Part shown: positions 27,319 to 36,419 of the stretch, one piece after another
Numbering within the stretch: the stretch's first letter is position 1
How the letters are laid out: each line of letters starts with the position of its first letter
Assembly: GCA_052389415.1 (NCBI GenBank)
Contig: JBQTHX010000034.1
Location: 13,904-77,903, forward strand
Direction of reading: 5' to 3'
DNA: 64,000 nt
From: Nitrosopumilaceae archaeon
GTDB lineage: Archaea > Thermoproteota > Nitrososphaeria > Nitrososphaerales > Nitrosopumilaceae
The notes under the pieces: model-generated
The model's input: only the letters and a program-made list of their open reading frames with translations
What the model was told of the DNA's origin: nothing
Databases searched by the model: none
Program-made: the position numbers and the translations under genes

Positions 27319-30090
27319 ATGAGAAAAATCTTATTTTTTATTTCTATAATTATTGTTTTTACTAATCTTGGTTTAGCATACGCTCATCCAGAAATAAGGG
27401 TGAGTGAACCTGCAGAATTTTCAAATATTTCTGTGGGAACTACCCAAGTTATCATTCGTTATTCAGAGACAGTAGAGATTGATTATAGCGTTATCAGGGT
27501 TCTGGATAATGCTGGAAATCAAGTTGACAATAGCGATACAAAATATTTTGATAACGAACAGTCACTTATCGTTACTACAAAACCATTGGACGATGGTGTG
27601 TATACAGTAACAAGTAAAGTACTTTCTAGGGTGGATGGACATGTAGTAAATGATGCCATCGTTTTTTCTGTAGGTAATGCAGCAATACCACCTGATTTTC
27701 AAGTGAAGAAAATACAAGGACCATCAATATATCTGCCAGAAGCAGCAGCACGATTTCCAGGGTTAGTCGGACAGGTAGTTGTGTTGGGCTCTGTTCTTTA
27801 TTCATTGCTGATTTGGAAATCCCTTAAAACAAAGAAAACTATGAGAGAAAACTCTGATGTGTTGGAGAAAACTCATTCGCATTTATTCTTAAAATTAACT
27901 GGTATTGGTTTGTTGCTGGTTTTAGCATCTAATATTCTGATGTTGGCTGTTCAAGCCATAAATCTGCAAACTACAGCTATTGAGGTAATAAAAACAGGAT
28001 TTGGAACAACTTGGCTTGCACGAATGATATTGACAATCATTTTACTTGCACTGTGGTTCTGGTCAGAAAGAAGTTCATCTATTGGTAACATTCGACAATT
28101 TCTAATTCTAGGATTCTCACTTGCATTGATTTTTACTACCACTATGTTTGGTCATGGGGCAGCACTCATGAATGAACCCTCAATAGTATTGGATTTTGTC
28201 CACAACCTTCTAGCCTCCGTATGGATTGGTGGAATAATTTATTCTGTCTTTGTACTGATTCCTTCATTTTCTAAATTAGGATCTGACAAGAAAGAACAAT
28301 TTTCTCTTTTAATCTTACCCAAAATTTCTAGTGTTGTAATAATTTCGGTGGGAATTCTGATTATCACAGGTCCCACACTACTTTGGTTTTTGGAAAGTAA
28401 TATCGAATTATTATATGATTCAACGTATGGAAAATTAATTCTTATAAAAATCGCACTTGGAAGTAAAATGATCGCAATAGGTGCCTATAATCAATTTAGA
28501 ATTCAAAAACCAGCACTGAAAACTATGGAGTTTGGCAGAATATTTGTTTACGATAAATTTAGAAGGTCATTAAAAATAGAATCAATCGTCGGGATAGTAC
28601 TTCTTGGTGTTGTGGCTATGTTAGTAAATGGCTCCCTTCCACAGTATGAATTACAAGAAACACAAGCTGAGGGCATATTAGAGTACAAAACAATACAGTT
28701 TTCAAATGCGGCTAAATTCGATATTTCCATAAATCCTCTCTCAACTGGTACAAATACCGTTACCACATCTATCAATTCTCTAGATGGAGAACCATTAAAC
28801 GACATATCTGAAGTAATATTGAAGGTTTCAAATCCTCAGAAAGATATTTCTCCAATTGATATTAGGCTAGTTCCAACCAATTCTGCTGATTCTAACTCTC
28901 TTACAAAATTTGTAGGAAATGCAACAATTGGTTTTTCAGGAACGTGGCATATAGAAATTGTAGCTCTAAGGACACAGAATGCAAATGAAGCTATATCTTT
29001 TGATGTTCTGATAAAACCTAGACTTTCTGAATTACAGACAAACATCATAGAGTATAGTTTTCCAGACAAAATTGTTGCACCACTCTTTCCTGTTTTTGAT
29101 GGTAAAAATACAATATGGATTAGTGACACCAACAAACCACGAATATGGAAATTTACTATAGATGATAAACGATTCAGGCCGTATGAATTTGATGGGCAAA
29201 TTTCTGTCACATTGAATATAGACAACGATGGTAAGATATGGTATACTGATACACCAAACTCAAAGATAGGATTCTTTGATCCATCCACAGAAATATTCGA
29301 AAACATTGATCTTCCAATAAAATCTGTCCCAGTATTTATGGAAACTGATTTTAGTAATAATATTTGGGTTGCGTTAGCAGACAAAAATATACTACTAAAG
29401 TATGAACAGGAAAAGCAGACATTTACCGAACATAAAATTTCAGCTGCACCTCTTTCTGGACCAACTGCACTTATTTTAGACAAATTTGGAAATATCTGGT
29501 TTGCAGAAGCACAAGCTGGAAAAATTGGTGTGATCAACCCAGAGACTGGCACGTCTAAAGAATTTGTTCCTGAAAGCCCACTAGAAGAACCAACTGCTCT
29601 ATTCTTTGATAATGATGGAAACCTATGGGTAGCTGAGCATACAGCACCCGCCATTACCAAGTTCGATACTACTCTTGAGACCTTCGAGCAGATTCCCGTA
29701 TTGGATGCGAATGCCCTCCCTTTTGGAATGGCTTCAGACAAATTTGGCAATATTTGGTTCGGTCAACATACTATTGACAAACTAGGTGCTTACGATCCTT
29801 TTAATGACAATTTCAAAGAGATTCCGATTCCCACTCAACAATCATTCACTCAATTTATCACATCTGACAACGATGGAAATATCTGGTTTGCAGAACAACG
29901 CGGTCAAAAGCTTGGAATGGTGTCCATAACAGAAATTCCAAGACAACCAATAATTTCGCAAGATGAAACATTTGAAATCAGATATGCAGATCTTGTATCA
30001 CCCTTCATAGCAACAGGCATTATTGCAACATCATTATTCTTTGTAAAGAGCATTAAGGACAAAAGAAAATTAGACATTCTGGTAGACTGA
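27319..30090 (+). CDS. CopC-CopD-Ig-like-beta-propeller (Vgb-like) copper uptake/resistance fusion
   Basis: AYA|HP..LSRVDGH (CopC); GHG, VHNLLASVWIGG and YGKLILIK (CopD); repeated DxxGNIWFxE blades; C-terminal TM. Confidence 0.85.
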   Translation: MRKILFFISIIIVFTNLGLAYAHPEIRVSEPAEFSNISVGTTQVIIRYSETVEIDYSVIRVLDNAGNQVDNSDTKYFDNEQSLIVTTKPLDDGVYTVTSKVLSRVDGHVVNDAIVFSVGNAAIPPDFQVKKIQGPSIYLPEAAARFPGLVGQVVVLGSVLYSLLIWKSLKTKKTMRENSDVLEKTHSHLFLKLTGIGLLLVLASNILMLAVQAINLQTTAIEVIKTGFGTTWLARMILTIILLALWFWSERSSSIGNIRQFLILGFSLALIFTTTMFGHGAALMNEPSIVLDFVHNLLASVWIGGIIYSVFVLIPSFSKLGSDKKEQFSLLILPKISSVVIISVGILIITGPTLLWFLESNIELLYDSTYGKLILIKIALGSKMIAIGAYNQFRIQKPALKTMEFGRIFVYDKFRRSLKIESIVGIVLLGVVAMLVNGSLPQYELQETQAEGILEYKTIQFSNAAKFDISINPLSTGTNTVTTSINSLDGEPLNDISEVILKVSNPQKDISPIDIRLVPTNSADSNSLTKFVGNATIGFSGTWHIEIVALRTQNANEAISFDVLIKPRLSELQTNIIEYSFPDKIVAPLFPVFDGKNTIWISDTNKPRIWKFTIDDKRFRPYEFDGQISVTLNIDNDGKIWYTDTPNSKIGFFDPSTEIFENIDLPIKSVPVFMETDFSNNIWVALADKNILLKYEQEKQTFTEHKISAAPLSGPTALILDKFGNIWFAEAQAGKIGVINPETGTSKEFVPESPLEEPTALFFDNDGNLWVAEHTAPAITKFDTTLETFEQIPVLDANALPFGMASDKFGNIWFGQHTIDKLGAYDPFNDNFKEIPIPTQQSFTQFITSDNDGNIWFAEQRGQKLGMVSITEIPRQPIISQDETFEIRYADLVSPFIATGIIATSLFFVKSIKDKRKLDILVD

Positions 30091-30103
30091 GTTCAAGACC
30101 AAC

Positions 30104-30949
30104 TCATACCTGTTTTATATTTGGAATGATTGTCTTATTTTTTATTAAACCACTGGATCTTATTCCGAGTGAGATTGAAAAGATTACAATCGATACCAAT
30201 ACAATCATTCCACCGGGAGCTATGTTAAACATATAAGAAGATAATATTCCTATTATCACTGAAGAAACTGCGAAGGTCATGGATAATATTGTGGTTTGTT
30301 TGAAACCACGTGAAAAAAGCATTGCTGTCACGTTAGGAATAACAATTAGCGATGAGATGAGTAAGATTCCTACAAGCTGCATAGAGCTAACCACAGTAAT
30401 TCCCGCAATTGCAACAAGTAGATAATTTAATTTTTCAACTGGAATTCCGCTTACCTTTGCTTGTTCTTCGTTAAAGGTTGTGTAAACTAGTTGCCTATAC
30501 ACTAGCAAAATGATAATCAAAATAGATCCCGTAAGAGCAAGTATCAAAATTGTATTTTCTAAACTAACAAGCAAAATACTTCCAAAAAGAAAACTGAATA
30601 TGTCAATCGTAAATCCCCCTGATAGACTAATGAGAATAACACCTGCAGCAAGACCCGATGAGAGTAAAATCGCGACAGTTGCGTCCCCCGAAATTTGGAA
30701 TTTTTGTCTAATCTTAGTGAGTCCAAGAGCGCTTGACACTGAGACTCCAAAAGCAACCCATATCGGATAGATTCCAAGAAACAACCCAGCAGCAATACCG
30801 CCAAAGGCTGCATGTGCAAGAGCATCACCAAAAAGTGAATATCTTCTAAGAACTAGGAAGAGTCCAACAACTGAACACATCAGAGCTATAGCTATGCCAG
30901 AAATCAGTGCTCTATGCATGAATCCATATGAAAGAATTTCAAAAATCAA
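30104..30949 (-). CDS. znuB: Zn/Mn-type ABC transporter permease
   Basis: GDALAHAAFGG, FLFGSIL and VGILLISSL motifs. Confidence 0.88.
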   Translation of the reverse strand: MIFEILSYGFMHRALISGIAIALMCSVVGLFLVLRRYSLFGDALAHAAFGGIAAGLFLGIYPIWVAFGVSVSSALGLTKIRQKFQISGDATVAILLSSGLAAGVILISLSGGFTIDIFSFLFGSILLVSLENTILILALTGSILIIILLVYRQLVYTTFNEEQAKVSGIPVEKLNYLLVAIAGITVVSSMQLVGILLISSLIVIPNVTAMLFSRGFKQTTILSMTFAVSSVIIGILSSYMFNIAPGGMIVLVSIVIFSISLGIRSSGLIKNKTIIPNIKQV

Positions 30950-30950
30950 A

Positions 30951-31682
30951 CTAATCTCCGTGATGATGCATGTGCATTTGCATCGATGATTCAGAATACA
31001 TCTTTAGCAGATTTTCACTTTGAAAGAACTCCTCTGATACACCATGGAAGAACAAGGTTCTATTGAGGCAGGCTACTTTTGATGCAAGTTTAGCAACTGC
31101 ATCCAGATCATGTGATGACCAAATTATTGTGATGTTTTCTTTTTGATTTAGATCATGCAAGATTTGATAGAATAATTCTTTGCTTTGAGAATCAATTCCA
31201 GTTACTGGTTCGTCAAGTATCAGAATTTGTGGATCATTTACTAGCGCTTTTGCAATAAAGACTCGTTGTTGTTGTCCGCCAGATAGATCGCCAATGCGTC
31301 TGTGACTTAGCTCATGGAGCCAAACTTTTTGCAAAACTTCATCTACTTTGCCACTTTTCGAATTTTTTGTCAAACCCATTCCAACTACTTCTGATATGGT
31401 AGCAGGAAAATTTTTTTCAAAGATAGGTTTCTGTGGGACATATCCTATTTGTTTAAGATATTGCTTTGATTTACGTATGTTTGTACCAAAAAATCTAATC
31501 TCACCTTTATAGTCATTAAGAAGACCAAGCATACAGCCAAAAAGAGTGGTTTTGCCTGCACCATTTGGGCCTATTATTCCCAAAAAATCCTGAGATTCTA
31601 CTGAAAAGTTTAGGTTCTCCAAGGCTAAAATGCCTCGATAGTCAACAGTAAGGTTTTCAATTTCTACAATTTTCATGAACAC
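30951..31682 (-). CDS. znuC: Zn/Mn-type ABC transporter ATPase
   Basis: GPNGAGKTT, GYVPQ, LSGGQQQR and LDEP motifs; His-rich tail. Confidence 0.9.
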   Translation of the reverse strand: MFMKIVEIENLTVDYRGILALENLNFSVESQDFLGIIGPNGAGKTTLFGCMLGLLNDYKGEIRFFGTNIRKSKQYLKQIGYVPQKPIFEKNFPATISEVVGMGLTKNSKSGKVDEVLQKVWLHELSHRRIGDLSGGQQQRVFIAKALVNDPQILILDEPVTGIDSQSKELFYQILHDLNQKENITIIWSSHDLDAVAKLASKVACLNRTLFFHGVSEEFFQSENLLKMYSESSMQMHMHHHGD

Positions 31683-32590
31683 AATTCCTCCATGAGGTGT
31701 GACAGGTTTTTCTCCATTCTTGTTATATAATCAGAATCTTTCTCAAAGGTCTCTATAGGACTTAGAATCAACACCTTAGCTCCTATCTCGGCAGCAATAA
31801 CTTCAGATATTCTTGGGTTTATTGTTTCTTCAGTAAAAATAAAATGTAGATCTAAATCTTGTGCTTTTTGAATAATTTGTTGTATTGTTGTTGCTGTTGG
31901 TTCTCCGCTTGGATTAATCCCAAGTATTGTGTTTTGATTAAGACCATATTCGTTAGCAAAATAAGAAAATGCGTCATGAGTTGCAAGAAAATCTTTTTTT
32001 ACGCAAGATGAGAGTTCGTTTCTTATCTTTGTGTCAAGTTGGATAAGCTTGGAATTATATGCATTAAAATTTTCTTGGTAATAATCAGCGTTTTGAGGAT
32101 CAATTTTGATCAAACCATTTAGTATATTTTGTGTTTGTTTTTTAGCTAACACCGGATTAAGCCACACATGCGGATCATTTTGAATTTCAACTTTAAACAT
32201 GCGCTCATCTTTTACTAATAATGATATCCCATTACTTGTGTCGATAATCAAAATATTGGGGTTAACTGAAATTAGTTTTGCAACCCACGGTTCAAAACCA
32301 GCACCATTTATCACTATCATATCAGCTTCTTGCATTTTTTGAAGATCCTGAATTGATGGTTCCCAATCATGTGGTTCTATTCCTGGTGGAATGATAGTGG
32401 ACACATCAATTTTTTCATCACCGATTATTTTTGTAAATTCGTATAATGGATAAAACGATGCAAAAACTTTTAGCTGTTGCTTTTCTTCAATAGCAGTTAC
32501 ATCGCTATTTTCCGATGACCATAGTACAAATGCAGAAAGTGGAATTATTGTAGATATAGCAAGTATTGCAAGATTTGTGTCGTTATTCAC
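31673..32590 (-). CDS. znuA: Zn/Mn-type ABC transporter substrate-binding protein
   Basis: EPHDWEP, DPHVW and HDAF motifs. Confidence 0.88.
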   Translation of the reverse strand: MNNDTNLAILAISTIIPLSAFVLWSSENSDVTAIEEKQQLKVFASFYPLYEFTKIIGDEKIDVSTIIPPGIEPHDWEPSIQDLQKMQEADMIVINGAGFEPWVAKLISVNPNILIIDTSNGISLLVKDERMFKVEIQNDPHVWLNPVLAKKQTQNILNGLIKIDPQNADYYQENFNAYNSKLIQLDTKIRNELSSCVKKDFLATHDAFSYFANEYGLNQNTILGINPSGEPTATTIQQIIQKAQDLDLHFIFTEETINPRISEVIAAEIGAKVLILSPIETFEKDSDYITRMEKNLSHLMEELCS

Positions 32591-32607
32591 ACCAATTATT
32601 GTAAAAC

Positions 32608-32638
32608 GTTATTAATAAATCTAAGAAATATTAATAAC
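32608..32638. promoter_or_regulatory. Putative operator GTTATTAATA-N11-TATTAATAAC
   Basis: Perfect 10-bp inverted repeat between the divergent znuA-like and nikR-like genes. Confidence 0.7.
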
Positions 32639-32680
32639 ATTTACTACTAAACTTATAACATACTTAATAATATTCTAATT

Positions 32681-33064
32681 GTGCCAATCGTCTCAATATC
32701 ACTAAATGATGAAATTCTCTCGGAGATTGACAAACTACAAAAATCCATGGGATTTTCTGGTAGATCTGAAATAATACGAGCAGGTATCAGAAATTTGATT
32801 TCAGAAGAAAAGCAACGAAGCAATCTTTCTGGTTTAATACACGCAATTCTTATGATTATTCACGATGAAGAGTCTGAACAAATAGTCACTGGTATCAAAC
32901 ACAATCATGAAGAATTAATTGGGACGCATCTACACAGCAAGATTGAGGGGAATAAGTGCATGGAATTATTTTTGTTACATGGTGAAGCAGAGAAAGTAGA
33001 TATTATGACAAAGGATTTTAAAACCAATAAAAAAATGGAACACGTCAAGTTAGTTGTTACTTAG
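32681..33064 (+). CDS. NikR-family ribbon-helix-helix metal-responsive regulator
   Basis: IVSISL..GRSEIIR RHH; H..THLH..C..E metal site. Confidence 0.88.
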   Translation: MPIVSISLNDEILSEIDKLQKSMGFSGRSEIIRAGIRNLISEEKQRSNLSGLIHAILMIIHDEESEQIVTGIKHNHEELIGTHLHSKIEGNKCMELFLLHGEAEKVDIMTKDFKTNKKMEHVKLVVT

Positions 33065-33116
33065 ATTATATTTTTAATAGCAGAAATTTATATTCGGAGC
33101 AAGTTGAGAGGTTCCG

Positions 33117-34484
33117 TTGGATTATAAAATTTTTTCAATAGTTTTTGTTCTAATAATTATCATACCAACTGTAACTCAAGCCTTTGGTCATGGTCTTAGC
33201 ATAGATACTCCACCCCCTGTGAACTATCAGGGACGTGACATCACGATCACTGCCGAGATGTTACCTTCTTTTTATGACGATAATTTAGTAGACAAACAGA
33301 TCAAAGTACGTGCGTTTGATCCTAAGACTGGAGAAAATATAAAAAATGTAAATTTTTTGATAGGTCTAAATTATAAAGATGAAATGATTTTTAGAAATTA
33401 TTTCTTTAGTGAAAATGGTGATTTAACAATTAAAGTATATCCTACTCGCGAAGGAGAGATTGAAATTTCTGGTGAAAAGGAGCCTTTACTTGGAGCTTGG
33501 ATGGTCACCGATGAAAAACCAATAGAATTAAGAGGACCTGTCTTTAATTCTGGCGGATTATACCATTTAGAGATAGAGATACGCACTGTAGATGAACCTG
33601 ATAACTTACTTGATGAGCCCATCAAATATGATGCATACATCAGTATTGGTGATACGACCTATCATGATCAAAAAACTAAAGATGGTCAAGATGTGAATTT
33701 CAGAGTAAGGTCATATTATGATACAATAACGAATTTTGAATACAACTCTCATGATAAAATCATATCATTTGAAATGCCATTTGATTGGAGTGAGCAAAAC
33801 ATTAGTCAGATTCCATATGTCCACGAAGAATTATTATTTCCAAAAAATATCTCAGAACTTTTAGCGCCCAGTTATGTAGGACAGGTAAATGGTATTGATT
33901 TGTTTAAATCGTCTATAACCATAGATGATTATTCTGTTGAGGATGGAAGAATTGTACATTTTTTGCTGATACAAGATCATCTTAAATTCCTAAGGGATCA
34001 ACAAAAAAAATCTGGCGATTTACCAAATTATATGAAGTTCAAACTAATTGCAGATGATGAAATAAAATTTCCGCTTGTTGCCTCTACTAACGATCAACGA
34101 TTTCAAGTAGATCTTTCATTGGATCCTCCAGTAATTCAAACTGGAGAGAAAATGAAATTTATCTTTACTATAAGAGATTCTGCAACGCTAGAGACAAAAC
34201 AACATTCAACTTATGATTTTGTAATCTTAAGTAATGGAAGAGAGATTCATAGAACATCTGGAAATGCAGTAATAGGAGGTGGATTTGAAGAGTATACTTT
34301 TACTGAGGAACAAAAAGGTCCCATTATTATCCGATTTGAAAAAATCGCTGGAACATCAGCATCAACCCAATTTGCCCTAGTGGTTGTTCCTGAATTTGGA
34401 TCGTTTGCAATTATAGTTCTAGTACTTATGATGAGTTTCATTATCATATTGAGATTACACAAGTTTTCGCCTCTAAGTAGGTGA
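33117..34484 (+). CDS. PEFG-CTERM surface protein
   Basis: Signal AFG|H; VVPEFG + TM; paralog of 21764-23407. Confidence 0.82.
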   Translation: MDYKIFSIVFVLIIIIPTVTQAFGHGLSIDTPPPVNYQGRDITITAEMLPSFYDDNLVDKQIKVRAFDPKTGENIKNVNFLIGLNYKDEMIFRNYFFSENGDLTIKVYPTREGEIEISGEKEPLLGAWMVTDEKPIELRGPVFNSGGLYHLEIEIRTVDEPDNLLDEPIKYDAYISIGDTTYHDQKTKDGQDVNFRVRSYYDTITNFEYNSHDKIISFEMPFDWSEQNISQIPYVHEELLFPKNISELLAPSYVGQVNGIDLFKSSITIDDYSVEDGRIVHFLLIQDHLKFLRDQQKKSGDLPNYMKFKLIADDEIKFPLVASTNDQRFQVDLSLDPPVIQTGEKMKFIFTIRDSATLETKQHSTYDFVILSNGREIHRTSGNAVIGGGFEEYTFTEEQKGPIIIRFEKIAGTSASTQFALVVVPEFGSFAIIVLVLMMSFIIILRLHKFSPLSR

Positions 34485-35417
34485 TCAGAAGCCTTTTTCA
34501 TTCAACATTAGTGCAAGTAGAGCTGCCCGTGTGTCTTTACCATATTCTGCTTGTTTGAAGTATTTTGCGTGGTTTGTTAGATCTACTTCAGGTGAAATTT
34601 CATCAACACGCGGTAGAGGATGCATGATGATTGCATCATTTTTCATTTTCTTTATTATTTCAGGACCAATTTTGTAGGTACCTTTTACTTTGTTATATTC
34701 TTCTGTATCTGCAAATCTCTCTTTTTGTATTCTTGTTACATATATAACATCAAATTCGTCTAGATTTTCTTCCAGGTTAACCGATTCTGTAAATGATAAT
34801 CGTTTTTTGATTTCATAAGTGGAATCAGTTCTAATCTTTAGTGCTTGTGGAGAAATAAGATGAACATCTACTTTGTAATTACCAAGTGCATATAGTAGAG
34901 AATAGACAGTTCTTCCATACTTCAAATCGCCAACAATAGCTATTTTCAAACCATCTAGTTTCTTTTTTTCTTTTCTCATCGTGTAAAGATCCAGAATTGC
35001 TTGTGTTGGGTGTTCTTCAGTTCCACTACCTGCATTTATCATCGGTTTTGTAGAAACTTCAGCTGCAAATCTGCTTGAACCATCAAGTGGGTGCCTTAAT
35101 ACGAGAATGTCAGAGTAAAGTGACATGATTTTCACAGTGTCAGCAAGGCTTTCACCTTTTTTTGCAGAAGAAATGGAAGCATCCGCGATTCCTATGGATG
35201 TACCACCAAGTGATGCCATTGCTGCTTCAAAGCTAAGTCTTGTTCTAGTACTTGGTTCAAAGAAAAGATATCCTAATGTTTTTCCACGTGCAATTTCACG
35301 TCTTTCATTTGGATTCATATCGATTATTTTATCAGTAGCGTTAAAAATGGTGTCAAACTTTTGTTTGTCAAAATCACGTATTGAGACAATGTCTTTTTGG
35401 AAAAAAGAATTGCTCAT
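34485..35417 (-). CDS. pyrB: Aspartate carbamoyltransferase catalytic subunit
   Basis: FFEPSTRT, HPTQ and MHPLPR motifs. Confidence 0.96.
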   Translation of the reverse strand: MSNSFFQKDIVSIRDFDKQKFDTIFNATDKIIDMNPNERREIARGKTLGYLFFEPSTRTRLSFEAAMASLGGTSIGIADASISSAKKGESLADTVKIMSLYSDILVLRHPLDGSSRFAAEVSTKPMINAGSGTEEHPTQAILDLYTMRKEKKKLDGLKIAIVGDLKYGRTVYSLLYALGNYKVDVHLISPQALKIRTDSTYEIKKRLSFTESVNLEENLDEFDVIYVTRIQKERFADTEEYNKVKGTYKIGPEIIKKMKNDAIIMHPLPRVDEISPEVDLTNHAKYFKQAEYGKDTRAALLALMLNEKGF

Positions 35418-35459
35418 TCTAATTCAATAATATATATGAGTACTATACAAAGTATTCCA

Positions 35460-35921
35460 ATGTCAGAGTCCGATCTTATTGTTAGACGAATAAGAAATGG
35501 TACAGTCATTGATCACATTGAAGCTGGTAAAGGTCTCAAAGTTCTAAATGCACTTGAAATTGATGGAAAAGATGGAAATGTAATAACAATTGCGTTAAAT
35601 GTACCAAGTGCAAAAGTTTCAAAAAAAGATATCATTAAAGTAGAAAACAGATTTCTTAAAGACGATGACACAAATAAACTTGCATTGATTGCTCCGAAGG
35701 CTACTGTTAACATAATCAAGGACTACAAGCTGGTTGAAAAAAGACGTGTTACTTTACCAAATGAGATTGAAAGAATTTTTCGATGTTCAAATCCTGATTG
35801 TATTACAAACAGTGGTGAAGACATTGAATCAATAATGGATGTAGTGGACAAAAATGGACTTGTTCTTAGATGTAGATATTGTACAAGAATTTTAGATGTT
35901 AACGAGCTAAAGTATTACTAG
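35460..35921 (+). CDS. pyrI: Aspartate carbamoyltransferase regulatory subunit
   Basis: NGTVIDHI, KDIIKVE and CSNPDCIT..CRYC motifs; ATG 35460. Confidence 0.95.
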   Translation: MSESDLIVRRIRNGTVIDHIEAGKGLKVLNALEIDGKDGNVITIALNVPSAKVSKKDIIKVENRFLKDDDTNKLALIAPKATVNIIKDYKLVEKRRVTLPNEIERIFRCSNPDCITNSGEDIESIMDVVDKNGLVLRCRYCTRILDVNELKYY

Positions 35922-35922
35922 T

Positions 35923-36234
35923 TTATTGTCCCAAAATGATGAACATCATGACGATACCGTAAATTGCAATTGATTCAACCATACCGACAAAGATGAACAC
36001 TTTAGATTGTAGAGCTGGATTTTCGCTAATTACCGCAAGACCGGCAGAGCCTACATAACCAAGACCTACACCTGCTCCAAGTGCGGCAAGACCAAATGCA
36101 AGCCCTGCTCCCATCAACTTCGAAGAACTGTCTCCTGTAGTACTAGCTGCTGGTTCTTGAGCAAATGCAACTCCAGTAAAACCTGAAATTGAAATAACTA
36201 ATGCAACAATGAGTGCATAGGTTACGTATTTCAT
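35923..36234 (-). CDS. atpK: A-type ATP synthase subunit K (c) with N-terminal signal-like extension
   Basis: GAGLAFGLAALGAGVG..VESIAIYG single hairpin. Confidence 0.92.
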   Translation of the reverse strand: MKYVTYALIVALVISISGFTGVAFAQEPAASTTGDSSSKLMGAGLAFGLAALGAGVGLGYVGSAGLAVISENPALQSKVFIFVGMVESIAIYGIVMMFIILGQ

Positions 36235-36287
36235 TCTCAAAGTAGGCTCCTTCTCACGCCATATTTAAATCATGATATGATATTCGA

Positions 36288-36419
36288 TCAGATTTTGTCA
36301 AGAGTTTTCTTTTTGAAAGTCTTCAGATCATTTTTTATTGTTTCAGAAAATGATTCGTGATTCTCATCTAGTTTATGTTTTGCTTCTTCTAGCAATTTTT
36401 TAATTTCTTCCTTATCCAT
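36288..36419 (-). CDS. Small charged helical protein, 43 aa, in ATP synthase operon (not in ORF track)
   Basis: MDKEEIKKLLEEAKHKLDENHESFSETIKNDLKTFKKKTLDKI; ATG overlaps atpD stop (TAATG). Confidence 0.7.
   Translation of the reverse strand: MDKEEIKKLLEEAKHKLDENHESFSETIKNDLKTFKKKTLDKI

Noticed and set aside
28836-29750. 304-aa antisense ORF, and similar shadow ORFs such as 8757-9320, 16393-16875 and 59831-60448
   Set aside because: Lie opposite well-supported genes and have no motifs
29487-29895. 22-bp exact repeat TGGAAATATCTGGTTTGCAGAA at 29487 and 29874
   Set aside because: Encodes GNIWFAE in beta-propeller blades; a protein-level repeat
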